A DNA stretch of 64,000 bases from a virus. This document shows, one piece after another, positions 38,874 to 47,598 of the stretch. Position numbers and translations under genes: made by a program. The notes below the pieces were generated by a model, which had not been told where the DNA came from, did no database searches, and saw only the letters and a list, made by a program, of their open reading frames with translations. Each line of letters opens with the position of its first letter. The stretch's first letter is position 1. Location: positions 2,460-66,459 of the IMG/VR virus record IMGVR_UViG_3300046373_000049, one strand, 5' to 3'.

Positions 38874-39303
38874 CTTCCAGGGCTTTCTTCTTCGCTGCGC
38901 GCCGGGCCGCTGTTTGCTTCAGCACAGGCAAGTCCAGTTTGGCGCGCACGACATCATACAAGCTGGATTCCTCGCGGTTTATCAATGACTTGTCAGGCTC
39001 GTACAGCGTGACGGTGGAAATGCTTTGCGCATCAGTCCTTGATAGGGATGCCGGGTGCTCGCTTTTCAACACGATATATCCGATACCCCATCCAACTTCC
39101 CGCAGACCGCAGCGCAAGCAAACGCGCTCGTCAGGGTCTGATGCTCCATAGTCCGACAGCTTCGGCTTGCACTGGCCGATTTCCTTATGCTTGCAGTAGC
39201 GTATGGCGCGGTACTGTGCCTGTGCTACACCGGCCCGCGCCTCCTTCAGCACTTCATACGCCTTGCGGATTCCAGCGTCCTTCGGTTTCATACCGCTCTC
39301 CAT
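38848..39303 (-). CDS. hypothetical Zn-binding protein
   Basis: CKH...RVCLRCG. Confidence 0.65.
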   Translation of the reverse strand: MESGMKPKDAGIRKAYEVLKEARAGVAQAQYRAIRYCKHKEIGQCKPKLSDYGASDPDERVCLRCGLREVGWGIGYIVLKSEHPASLSRTDAQSISTVTLYEPDKSLINREESSLYDVVRAKLDLPVLKQTAARRAAKKKALEATWAKHRQ

Positions 39304-39329
39304 AGGCCGGGCGAACCCGGCCCGGCCAG

Positions 39330-39641
39330 TTACACTGCCAAACGATCCAGCAAGTCCAGGATCGAATGATCCAGGCCCGACACGTAGTTTTCCAGGCCGA
39401 CCAACTGGCCCGCGTACAACGAAGCGTCAGGGCCGACGACCGCCAATTCGCTGGACGTGCTGGCCGCCAATTCAGACTGCTGACGCAGAACCGGCTGAAG
39501 CCGTGTTGCCAGTTCTTTCAAGTGCCCATGCAGGAAGTCCACCGCCGAGCCGAGTCGCTGGAACCGGGAATCCAGTTCCGACAGTGGCAATGGTGCGGCA
39601 GAAGTCCCGATGTTGGTTGATGTCGTAGTGCTCGATGCCAT
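39330..39641 (-). CDS. hypothetical coiled-coil protein
   Basis: LATRLQPVL...LLDRLAV; AAGGA RBS. Confidence 0.65.
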   Translation of the reverse strand: MASSTTTSTNIGTSAAPLPLSELDSRFQRLGSAVDFLHGHLKELATRLQPVLRQQSELAASTSSELAVVGPDASLYAGQLVGLENYVSGLDHSILDLLDRLAV

Positions 39642-40056
39642 TTTCTTCTTCCTTGATAGTGTTGCTGGGATTCAGCCCAGCGCTGTCTTGCGTTACCGGC
39701 CCGAAGAACGCGGCGTCGAGCGGGTCACGATGCGCCGTGCCGTCCTGCCAGTCCTTCGTAAAAATTCGCAGCTCGTGGTCGTAATCGTCACGACCGAACA
39801 GCAGCTCTTCTTCAGTCGGCTGGGCGCCAAGGCTGTACATGGCGATGTAGCCGCCGCGACGATTGCCAGGGTTATAGCCGCTGATGTGGATCAAGCCGTT
39901 CTGTTTCATGAAGGTCAGGTAATGACCGTAGGTTCCTTTTGGCATGTTCATCTTTTCGCCAATCGAGGATGCCGTAACGAAGCCCATGCCGATAAGCTCT
40001 TCGATACGCATGATCCGTGCGATGGCGGTGGGGGTAGTGAAATTGTAGCCAGCCAT
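39472..40056 (-). CDS. winged-HTH protein
   Basis: TASSIGEKMNMPKGTYGHYL..GLIHISGY; HRDPLDAAFFG. Confidence 0.65.
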   Translation of the reverse strand: MAGYNFTTPTAIARIMRIEELIGMGFVTASSIGEKMNMPKGTYGHYLTFMKQNGLIHISGYNPGNRRGGYIAMYSLGAQPTEEELLFGRDDYDHELRIFTKDWQDGTAHRDPLDAAFFGPVTQDSAGLNPSNTIKEEENGIEHYDINQHRDFCRTIATVGTGFPVPATRLGGGLPAWALERTGNTASAGSASAV

Positions 40057-40275
40057 TTACGTCACCTTTTTGCAGACAAAATCGCGCCATACATACTGCA
40101 CGGCAGGGTCGGTTTCCTGGAACACAGGGCCGACAAGGAGGGAGCCAGCCTTGCGGCAGGCGTCCAGGGTTTTGAAAGGCTGGCCCAGGGCGCCCGGCTC
40201 AAGCTCGAACCGCGTGAGAACTGGGGTCAGGCTTTGCGCGCCCTGGACGAACACGAGGAAAATAAGTGCATACAT
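40057..40275 (-). CDS. small secreted or membrane protein
   Basis: MYALIFLVFV...FKTLDAC...FVC. Confidence 0.55.
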   Translation of the reverse strand: MYALIFLVFVQGAQSLTPVLTRFELEPGALGQPFKTLDACRKAGSLLVGPVFQETDPAVQYVWRDFVCKKVT

Positions 40276-40277
40276 GG

Positions 40278-40916
40278 TTAGCGCTCCGGTACGGTGTGAC
40301 GGCGGGCGAATACCCAGCACGGGCCGTCTTCCGTGTCGTGGATCGAGAACGTGTGCCACTTGCCGTACTTGTCGGCGGGCGGCGCCTCGGCCTGCCAGCC
40401 GCTGTAGTCGGCGCTTTCGCACTCGAAATAATTGATCTTCGCCTGATTGTCGTCAGGCTCGTCTTCCAGGTGCTCAACGTGCAGCTCCAGACCTTGATCC
40501 CGCGTCCAGGCTTTCCAGGCGTCCCAATCGCCTTCGCCTATATCCGGGATGCCTGGATTGGCCCAGCTACCGTCCCGCGTGTCGCGCAGGACGGTGACAT
40601 CCAGCGGGATCAGATCGGCCTTGGTCGAGGCGCCGCGATTGAACAGCATCATGGCGAGGTTGAGCACATCAACTGGGTCGCCCTTTTCCACATGGTCGCG
40701 CAGCATGTTGCGCAGGGTCTGCGCGCTGCACAGGAGCGGGTCGTTCCAGCCCGACCGGCCCTTGACGCGGCAGGCGGCCATCTTGCCCTTCATGGCGACA
40801 GCAGCCTGATCGATGGCAGCATTGTCCTGATTATGGTCGTGAAGGAGCTTCATATTTTTTTGTGCCAGCTCGATGCGGTCGATGGACTCTTGCTGGTGTG
40901 GGCGTAAGTTACTCAT
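40278..40916 (-). CDS. two-domain hypothetical phage protein
   Basis: KGRSGW..HVEKGDPVDVLNLAMM plus SIHDTEDGP. Confidence 0.7.
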   Translation of the reverse strand: MSNLRPHQQESIDRIELAQKNMKLLHDHNQDNAAIDQAAVAMKGKMAACRVKGRSGWNDPLLCSAQTLRNMLRDHVEKGDPVDVLNLAMMLFNRGASTKADLIPLDVTVLRDTRDGSWANPGIPDIGEGDWDAWKAWTRDQGLELHVEHLEDEPDDNQAKINYFECESADYSGWQAEAPPADKYGKWHTFSIHDTEDGPCWVFARRHTVPER

Positions 40917-41308
40917 GATTTCCTCGTTGTGATTGGTGCATCTTGAATCTTGAAAAAACGACGGCGGCGCTGACGTGCCACCACAAGGCGACCGAAGCCG
41001 AAGGCGGCTCCAGGTACGCATCGCGCTTCATTAATTTCTTCGCAGGCCATGGAGTACAGGTCGCCAAGGGTAGGGCAGAAGCATTCGCCCATGGATTTAA
41101 CGTATTCCTCCATATCCAGGCAGGCTGGGCAGGTTTTGTAGACCTTAAACTGGCCATCCCACAGGCCGGATACTGAGCGGTACTGGTCGCCGGGCCGGAT
41201 GCAATCGCAGTTGCACTCGTCGCAGCGATGCACCTTGCGCGCCGTGTGCCGAGCCTGGGTGCAGAAGGCTGGCATTTCATCCCAGTCGTGGTCACAGCTA
41301 CACATCAT
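40913..41308 (-). CDS. Zn-finger hypothetical protein
   Basis: TARKVHRCDEC..IRPGDQY..KTCPAC. Confidence 0.75.
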   Translation of the reverse strand: MMCSCDHDWDEMPAFCTQARHTARKVHRCDECNCDCIRPGDQYRSVSGLWDGQFKVYKTCPACLDMEEYVKSMGECFCPTLGDLYSMACEEINEARCVPGAAFGFGRLVVARQRRRRFFKIQDAPITTRKS

Positions 41309-41469
41309 TTCTCCTTTACCGGCAGGGCCGGTTTGTACTGGATGGCATTCAAGTAGAAATCGAGGGCCATGTGGAACGCCTGTCTTTCGGAATACTTCTG
41401 GAAGCGGTCGTCGCGCAGCCGGTTGAATTCGGCGTATGCGTCGTTCTTCTGTGTCGTATTGGCATCCAT
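41305..41469 (-). CDS. hypothetical protein (54 aa)
   Basis: AAGGAGGG RBS; ATGA overlap with the next gene. Confidence 0.55.
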   Translation of the reverse strand: MDANTTQKNDAYAEFNRLRDDRFQKYSERQAFHMALDFYLNAIQYKPALPVKEK

Positions 41470-41490
41470 GTGGCTCCCCTCCTTGCCCAG

Positions 41491-41519
41491 TATATTAGGA
41501 CACTTATACTGGATTACAA
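41491..41519 (-). promoter_or_regulatory. putative sigma70 promoter
   Basis: TTGTAA-16 nt-TAATAT on the minus strand in an AT-rich gap. Confidence 0.5.
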
Positions 41520-41527
41520 GGTTTATT

Positions 41528-42559
41528 TTAATAAGTCATCGTGATGTGAGGGATCAAGCCCTTCACGATCAGGCTGACGCAGCGCTTCGCCACGGCTTCG
41601 TCAACACCAGCTTCCAGCAGCGCATCCAGGGCTTCGCGGTTGAACTTGGCGCGATGCTGTTCGTCTTCGCTGCGGGCCTTGCTGGCGCTGGCTGCCGCGT
41701 CCGCTTCGGACTGTGCGCGGGCACGCTCCGCTTCGACGGCGGCCTGCTGGTTCGCTTCAGCATTGCGCTGCGCATCTTCTGCTGCGCGCTTGGCGTTTTC
41801 TGCCTTCAGGTTCGCTTCAGCCACTTGACGGTCAGCGGCGTCCTTGTCGGCGCGGGCGCGGTCTTCCGCCGCCTTGGTGGCTGCTGCTGCGGCCTTGTCA
41901 GCGATGTCCTTTTCACGGGCGGCGCGTTCCAGGTCAGCGATCTTCTGGCGGTTTTCTGCCAGCTCGCGCTGTTCCGCTTCATGCTGGAATGCTGTCTTGT
42001 GCAGCTCGCCAAGTTCGGACAGGCGCTGCGCCTTGGCCTGCTTCGCCGTGGCCTTCTTGTCACCGAAGCTGTCGTCGATTTCCAGCGCGAACAGGGAATC
42101 AATAGCGTACTTCAGGTCTTCCGTCGTCGTGGCTTCCTGGCCGAACGTGACGACGGCATTGATCTTCGCTTCGAGCGCGGCCACGGCTGCGGCTTCACGC
42201 GCTTCGATTTCATCCAGCGGTTTCTGATGCACGTCGATCATGGCTTCGACGCGGGCCTTGATGCCCTTGGCTTCAGTGTCGATGGCGATACCTTCCAGGC
42301 GCGACTTTTCTTTGGCCGCCGTGCGTGCGGCTTCCAGAGCGGCCTTGGTCTTGCGCAGCTTGTAGATATGGCTGCGGGCGTCCTTGTTGCCAGCCTTGCT
42401 TTCGTAGTCGAACACGACGGCAGCATTGTCTTTTTCCAGGCCAGCCAGTTCCGCATAGAACGGGACATAGGCTGCCACGGCGCTGACCGGCGCATCGACC
42501 ACTTCGCTGGCGACTTCGACCGGCGCTTCCGCCGCTACTTTTTTCTTGGCTACCATCAT
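41528..42559 (-). CDS. long coiled-coil phage protein
   Basis: [13 protein letters not shown]...HQKPLDE...[10 protein letters not shown]. Confidence 0.75.
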   Translation of the reverse strand: MMVAKKKVAAEAPVEVASEVVDAPVSAVAAYVPFYAELAGLEKDNAAVVFDYESKAGNKDARSHIYKLRKTKAALEAARTAAKEKSRLEGIAIDTEAKGIKARVEAMIDVHQKPLDEIEAREAAAVAALEAKINAVVTFGQEATTTEDLKYAIDSLFALEIDDSFGDKKATAKQAKAQRLSELGELHKTAFQHEAEQRELAENRQKIADLERAAREKDIADKAAAAATKAAEDRARADKDAADRQVAEANLKAENAKRAAEDAQRNAEANQQAAVEAERARAQSEADAAASASKARSEDEQHRAKFNREALDALLEAGVDEAVAKRCVSLIVKGLIPHITMTY

Positions 42560-43062
42560 TGCTCCTTGTGTTTTTTATTCCCCAGCCAAGCTGGGCGTCT
42601 GTTGTTCGCTTGCTCTTTTGCTGTGGCCCATCGACAATTTTCTGGTGCGTAATTTCCATTACAGTCGATTCTGTCGATACTTAAATCGCCATCGGGAATC
42701 CCCATATCAGCGAGAAAATTTTCAAAGCATTCCCTCCATCGGTCGCACACAGCAATTCCGCGACCGCCCCAATATTTAAACTCAGGATGCTTTTCGTAGT
42801 AGCAGCGATTAAGCATGTTCCTATATATCCTGTAGACGCGAGTACCAGCCATGCCGTGAGTGGTCATTTTTTTCTTATTAATTTCAACCATAAGACAGCC
42901 ACATGAAGCTGTGCGTCCAGACCGAAGATGATCTATGCGAGCGACTGTGCTATGGCCGCATTCACATACGCAATTCCACATCCACTTCCCGCTTTGACGG
43001 TAAGCTTCAGAAACGGCTGTCAGCTTATTGAACTTGACGCCAGCGATGTCTGTCTTTTTCAT
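42556..43062 (-). CDS. HNH homing endonuclease
   Basis: [47 protein letters not shown]; lower GC than its neighbours. Confidence 0.9.
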   Translation of the reverse strand: MKKTDIAGVKFNKLTAVSEAYRQSGKWMWNCVCECGHSTVARIDHLRSGRTASCGCLMVEINKKKMTTHGMAGTRVYRIYRNMLNRCYYEKHPEFKYWGGRGIAVCDRWRECFENFLADMGIPDGDLSIDRIDCNGNYAPENCRWATAKEQANNRRPAWLGNKKHKEQ

Positions 43063-43517
43063 TTTTCAGACCACTTTATATTCAGCTCAGTGCCGAGCGC
43101 ATAGAGCCATTCGACAAAGACAGATGCCAGCTTCAGCGAGAACTTGCGAGACTGCACGCCGAGCATGACGACGCCAGTGCCATCAAACGCTGGGGCCATT
43201 TCGATGCTACCCATACTGGCCCACAGCGGCGCGATGTCAGGGTCTTTGCAAGTGTCGCGCTTGAACTGGTCAATCAGGATGCGCTTCATGTCGTCCGTGT
43301 CCCAGCGCTTCCCGCAATGATCGTATTGCCGCGCAATGTCGCCAATCATCGCATGATATTTTTGCTCTTGATCGCGGCTCTTTTTCGGTAACGGCCTGTC
43401 CAAAATAAAACGGACAGGATTATCCGGGTCTATCGGCGCAGATGAAATTGCTTCGATAGCCCGGTCAATCTGTTCCTGGGAACGGATCATGATCGTCCGG
43501 TCATTGAAGGTAGCCAT
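43059..43517 (-). CDS. ninB: NinB-family recombination protein
   Basis: [34 protein letters not shown]. Confidence 0.8.
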   Translation of the reverse strand: MATFNDRTIMIRSQEQIDRAIEAISSAPIDPDNPVRFILDRPLPKKSRDQEQKYHAMIGDIARQYDHCGKRWDTDDMKRILIDQFKRDTCKDPDIAPLWASMGSIEMAPAFDGTGVVMLGVQSRKFSLKLASVFVEWLYALGTELNIKWSEK

Positions 43518-43518
43518 G

Positions 43519-43815
43519 TTATTTCAGTGGGCCGCGCAGTTTCTCGATCAGGGATTTCGCTTCGCTGTTCGATTCCAGTAGCAGCTTCAGGTCGCCAGTG
43601 ATGCCCTGATCCGTCAGCGACAGCAGACCGCCGATAAGCAGGATGGCCGCCTGATCGGGGCCAGCCGTGCGCGCAAATTGAACAGTAGCAGCCATGATGA
43701 TGGCCGACCATGCTTCGGCGCGCAGTTCTGGTGGGAACACGGAAACGACGGTCTGGATATGCGCGGTAAGATCGTCGGCGCTTTGTATTCTTCCGCTGAT
43801 AGGAACTTGTGCCAT
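43519..43815 (-). CDS. hypothetical protein
   Basis: ATG at 43815 coupled to the exonuclease stop. Confidence 0.6.
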   Translation of the reverse strand: MAQVPISGRIQSADDLTAHIQTVVSVFPPELRAEAWSAIIMAATVQFARTAGPDQAAILLIGGLLSLTDQGITGDLKLLLESNSEAKSLIEKLRGPLK

Positions 43816-44465
43816 TACATCCCCTTGATTTTTGCAACGGTGGCGGCGACGGTTTCTTCCACTTCCTTGATGAAGACCGAGACAGCATCTTCCATCTTTG
43901 CGATCAGCGCTTCGTCGCGGTACAAGCGCTGCGTGTAGAGCTGCGCATCGTTCGGGCAGCGCGGGTCGAACGATGTGAAGTCCATCCATTCGCGTTCGGT
44001 AATCCACAAGCCAGCCTGGACTTGATAGACATGCTTTTCCGGCATACCTTGCAACCACGTCTGGATGTGGATGGTCGAATCTTTTGGCGACTTATTTTCC
44101 CAGGCGCCGAGGTCGTCGATCATGCCGTCCAGCGACACGCCGACGCCTGGATGCCGGATGTTCTTGATGAAGCCAGCTTCGATGATCGTGTTGCCCGACT
44201 GGACTTCATAGGCCGTGCGTGCGAAGGATTCGCAGTCCTTGCCCCACTGCATAGCGTAGGCATTCACATTGTCCAGCGGGACGCCATTGATGCGTTCCGT
44301 GACCAGTTCCCACAGGTAGTTCTCGCGGGCCTGCAACGGCTTGCCAGTGGTCTTACTGACTTGCATCACATCCAGGATGCGGCTGCCAGTGACGTGCCCG
44401 GCGCGGTCTTGTTTCCACTCGTCCGTGCCCTGAGCGAAAGCGGAGATAATCAGATTGCTATTCAT
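43815..44465 (-). CDS. YqaJ/lambda-exonuclease-family 5'-3' exonuclease
   Basis: QGTDEW..RAGHVTGS, AMQWG..E..AR, SLDG, ENKSP, YQVQAGLW. Confidence 0.9.
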   Translation of the reverse strand: MNSNLIISAFAQGTDEWKQDRAGHVTGSRILDVMQVSKTTGKPLQARENYLWELVTERINGVPLDNVNAYAMQWGKDCESFARTAYEVQSGNTIIEAGFIKNIRHPGVGVSLDGMIDDLGAWENKSPKDSTIHIQTWLQGMPEKHVYQVQAGLWITEREWMDFTSFDPRCPNDAQLYTQRLYRDEALIAKMEDAVSVFIKEVEETVAATVAKIKGM

Positions 44466-45469
44466 TATGGAAGTCCTGTGGTTGAGGGTACGTCGGCAAA
44501 TTCCACATCGCTGACATCAGCATCCGTGGCGATCTTTTTCCAGCGCTCGTGGTCGCCAGCCAGGGCTTGCCGCTGCGCCTTGGTGATGTCCATCCAGGCT
44601 TTCTTGTACACGTCCAGACCCTTCTTCGCTGCGGCTTCCAGCGTGGCCTTGACGGCATTCATTTCCGGCGTGCCAGCGCCAGCTTCTTCAGCGGCTGCGG
44701 CCTGCACCTGACCGGCGATGTCAGCGCCGTTGTCGCGCTTGATACGCTGGCTTCCACTGATGGCATCGACGTTGCCTTCGTGCTCGTTCAAGATGGCTTC
44801 GGCGGCGGCCAGTCGCTCAGTGCGCGGCCAGTTTTTTGAGGCTCGCTTCATCGCTGCCTTCTTTACCATTTCCTCGAACCATTCCTGCCACGGGCCTGAC
44901 TTGGCTTTCGACTTCGACTTGATCTTTTTAATTTCGTCCATGTCCAGGGTTTCGATGCGGTCGATCCCGTTATGCAGTTTGGCCCAAACGTACACGCCGC
45001 GAATTTCTCCGCGCTGTTCGTCATTATCGAACGGGTCAAACTTGTGCGTGGGCGGCGCGTATGGGCCGTTGTACTCGAACTTGTCATTGGCCCGCACGAT
45101 TTCAGCCGCAGCATCCAGGACGCTGCCTGTGTCAGTCGCCAGCTTCTTCAGGCCGATGTAGCTGATGTCCAGGCAGCACAGGCCATCACGTGGCACCAGA
45201 TAGGCCAGCTTCATGGCCGGGTTCAACGTCAGGCCGACAGCCGCCACGTTCGTGATTGCATTGCGGATCGACGCCGTGCTGCACTTTGGCAGGTATTCGG
45301 ACGCGCTGATAATCTGCACAGCGAACTTGCCTTCGCGCTCGAAATGCACAAGGTTATCGATGATGGCAATCTTGTTGAAGTCTTCCTCGACTTCAGCGAC
45401 GATGACTTCCCACTGCGCAGCCTTGGCTTCAGGCGTCTGAGGCTGGCGGTTATTTTGCTGGGCTGCCAT
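44465..45469 (-). CDS. recT: RecT-family ssDNA-annealing recombinase
   Basis: GLTLNPAMKLAYLVPR..LDISYIGL, GPW..WFEEM.KK. Confidence 0.9.
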   Translation of the reverse strand: MAAQQNNRQPQTPEAKAAQWEVIVAEVEEDFNKIAIIDNLVHFEREGKFAVQIISASEYLPKCSTASIRNAITNVAAVGLTLNPAMKLAYLVPRDGLCCLDISYIGLKKLATDTGSVLDAAAEIVRANDKFEYNGPYAPPTHKFDPFDNDEQRGEIRGVYVWAKLHNGIDRIETLDMDEIKKIKSKSKAKSGPWQEWFEEMVKKAAMKRASKNWPRTERLAAAEAILNEHEGNVDAISGSQRIKRDNGADIAGQVQAAAAEEAGAGTPEMNAVKATLEAAAKKGLDVYKKAWMDITKAQRQALAGDHERWKKIATDADVSDVEFADVPSTTGLP

Positions 45470-45902
45470 GCTGGCTCCTTAATTTTTCGTACAGTGCTGC
45501 AAGGGCTTCGCGTGCCTTGCTGACGCTGCCATCGACATTGATGATCCTGCTTTTGTCGCCGGAAATCTCGATCAGCTTTTTCACTGAATGCGAAGAGAAG
45601 CTGCGCATATGCAGGATATAATCCGCACCGATGCAGGCGGCCCTGATCGTATGCTTGTTGCCATCGCACGACATGGTACGCAGATCGAACAAGTCATCGA
45701 ATTCATCATGGATGGCTGTTTCGTGGTAAGCCTTAACCAGCCCAATGACTAATACCTTTTTCGCAAAACTTTCAGCTTGATGAATGCCGACTTGTAATGG
45801 CGACGTTTTCTTGCACGAGCAAAAGCCACTAGAGCTTTTGCAATCCATGAAGCCCTGTGTACACCGCCCGGTCTTTTCCTGTAACTCATGATGATCTTTC
45901 AA
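45450..45902 (-). CDS. hypothetical protein (AT-rich, first gene of the leftward operon)
   Basis: GAGG RBS, TTG start. Confidence 0.5.
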   Translation of the reverse strand: MKDHHELQEKTGRCTQGFMDCKSSSGFCSCKKTSPLQVGIHQAESFAKKVLVIGLVKAYHETAIHDEFDDLFDLRTMSCDGNKHTIRAACIGADYILHMRSFSSHSVKKLIEISGDKSRIINVDGSVSKAREALAALYEKLRSQHGSPAK

Positions 45903-45935
45903 AATTACCTCGTGTTGAGTGGATTTACGCTACGT

Positions 45936-45963
45936 ATTATAAATGGATTAATCTTGAATACAA
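45936..45963 (-). promoter_or_regulatory. leftward sigma70 promoter
   Basis: TTGTAT-16 nt-TATAAT. Confidence 0.65.
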
Positions 45964-45999
45964 GGGAGCGCTTCTATTGTGTGCAGCAGATGCGGTCTG

Positions 46000-46028
46000 T
46001 TGACGCTATGGATCAACGCCTTTATATT
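46000..46028 (+). promoter_or_regulatory. rightward sigma70 promoter (leaderless transcript)
   Basis: TTGACG-17 nt-TATATT; ATG begins 7 nt after the -10 box with no RBS. Confidence 0.7.
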
Positions 46029-46034
46029 GAACGC

Positions 46035-46271
46035 ATGAAAACAGACCTGAGCAAAATCGTGGTGGCTTTGATGCATTCCGGCCTTACGCAGAATCAAATT
46101 GCGCAAGCCGTAGGATGCTCGCAGCCTAATATCGCAATGATCGCCAGTAAAAAGAGCGGCGCTATTCAGCCCACTCTGAAGACGGCGATGGGGCTGATCG
46201 ACCTTGCTGCGAAGCACGGCATCACGCCTACCGGCACGAAGAAGCGTGCCAGCAAGGAGGCATCAGTTTGA
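46035..46271 (+). CDS. Cro-like HTH regulator
   Basis: GLTQNQIAQAVGCSQPNIAMI. Confidence 0.85.
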   Translation: MKTDLSKIVVALMHSGLTQNQIAQAVGCSQPNIAMIASKKSGAIQPTLKTAMGLIDLAAKHGITPTGTKKRASKEASV

Positions 46272-46711
46272 ACATGAAACGGACTGGCTTCAGCACGACC
46301 ACGAAGCGCATGAAACAAGGCGCATTTCTCAAGGGGAAGGTCGTGGAAAAAAATCCACTAAAACCTGACAAGCGCCCGAAGAAGATGAAAACGAAGCAGC
46401 TCCCAAAGACCGCAGAGGATGTGGCCTTTTGGGATCGGCTCGCCAAGGAAGTGGGATGCGTGGCCTGCCTGAAGGATGGAAACTTTAACCCTCACGTCAG
46501 CATCCACCACATCGACGGACGCACGAAACCCGGCTGCCATAGCCTTGTGCTTCCGCTGTGCGGCCCCCATCATCAGCAGGACGACACTGATCCTGCTGGC
46601 CGGGTGGCAGTCCACCCTTACAAGGCCCGCTTCGAGCGGAAGTACGGAACCCAGGAAGAATTGCTGGCTCAATGCCACGCATTCCTTGCACTCGAATTAC
46701 CATTCATCTAA
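46268..46711 (+). CDS. Ref-like recombination-enhancement HNH nuclease
   Basis: GCVAC..HHIDGRTKPGCH..LPLC..HHQ..VHPYKARFE..YGT. Confidence 0.8.
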   Translation: MNMKRTGFSTTTKRMKQGAFLKGKVVEKNPLKPDKRPKKMKTKQLPKTAEDVAFWDRLAKEVGCVACLKDGNFNPHVSIHHIDGRTKPGCHSLVLPLCGPHHQQDDTDPAGRVAVHPYKARFERKYGTQEELLAQCHAFLALELPFI

Positions 46712-46719
46712 GGCGCACA

Positions 46720-47598
46720 ATGAAAGCTAAATTCACACGTCACCCCTTGTCCGCGCTGTTTGCGCAGTTCGACATGGGCGACACGGAAATCGCAGCGCTT
46801 GCTGCCGACATCACGGCGAATGGTCAGGTCGTGCCCATCGTCACCACTGAAGGCCAGATTCTCGACGGCTGGAATCGCTACCGCGCTTGCTTCCTGGCGA
46901 ACATCGAACCTATCACGGAAGAACTGCCTGATGGCCGCGACGCCTGGGCCTACGTGTGCGCCGTCAACATGCTGCGCCGCAGCCTGACGCCGAAGCAAAA
47001 GGCCGCCGTGTTCCTGCTGCACGAAGAGCTGGTAAGCGGCGATGGCGTACAGAATTGTACGCCCAGCGTGCGCGAGGTAGCCGAGACATTCGACATCAGC
47101 CACGGCACTGCGCAGAACTTGACGAAGGTAGCCCGCGACGGCTCCAAGGAACTGAAGACCGCTGTGCTGAATGGCGAAGTGTCGATCAGCAATGCGGCAC
47201 AGATCGCGGCGCTGCCAGCCGACCAGCAGCCTGCGGCCATCGTCGAAGATAAGCGCCCGGCTAAGAAGCCAGAAAAAGTAATCGAGCCTGCTGACGATGC
47301 GCTGGGCGACTTCGACATCATCGAAGAACTGGAACAACTCCAGGCCCGTTATGACGAGCTGGAACGCAAGTGCGCCTCACTCGAATCCAGCGACGGCGGC
47401 GCCGAACTGGCAAAGCAGATCGCCATGACGAACGGCCTGCAATCCCGTTTGAACCAGGAAATCACGAAGAATGCAGAGCTGGACAAGAGCCTGCGCCGCT
47501 TCGGTAAAATCCTGGCGGAACTGCGCAAGATCACGGAAGTGGACGACGATTCCAAGATCGCCAACGTGGTCAAGTTCATGAAGGCTGTTCCGAAATGA
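46720..47598 (+). CDS. ParB-like N-terminal domain protein with HTH and coiled-coil
   Basis: HPLSALF..LAADI..GQ..PI..ILDGWNRYRAC, NMLRRSLT. Confidence 0.8.
   Translation: MKAKFTRHPLSALFAQFDMGDTEIAALAADITANGQVVPIVTTEGQILDGWNRYRACFLANIEPITEELPDGRDAWAYVCAVNMLRRSLTPKQKAAVFLLHEELVSGDGVQNCTPSVREVAETFDISHGTAQNLTKVARDGSKELKTAVLNGEVSISNAAQIAALPADQQPAAIVEDKRPAKKPEKVIEPADDALGDFDIIEELEQLQARYDELERKCASLESSDGGAELAKQIAMTNGLQSRLNQEITKNAELDKSLRRFGKILAELRKITEVDDDSKIANVVKFMKAVPK

Noticed and set aside
41369-42652. 427-aa plus-strand ORF
   Set aside because: It is antisense to the coiled-coil gene at 41528-42559, within a leftward operon.
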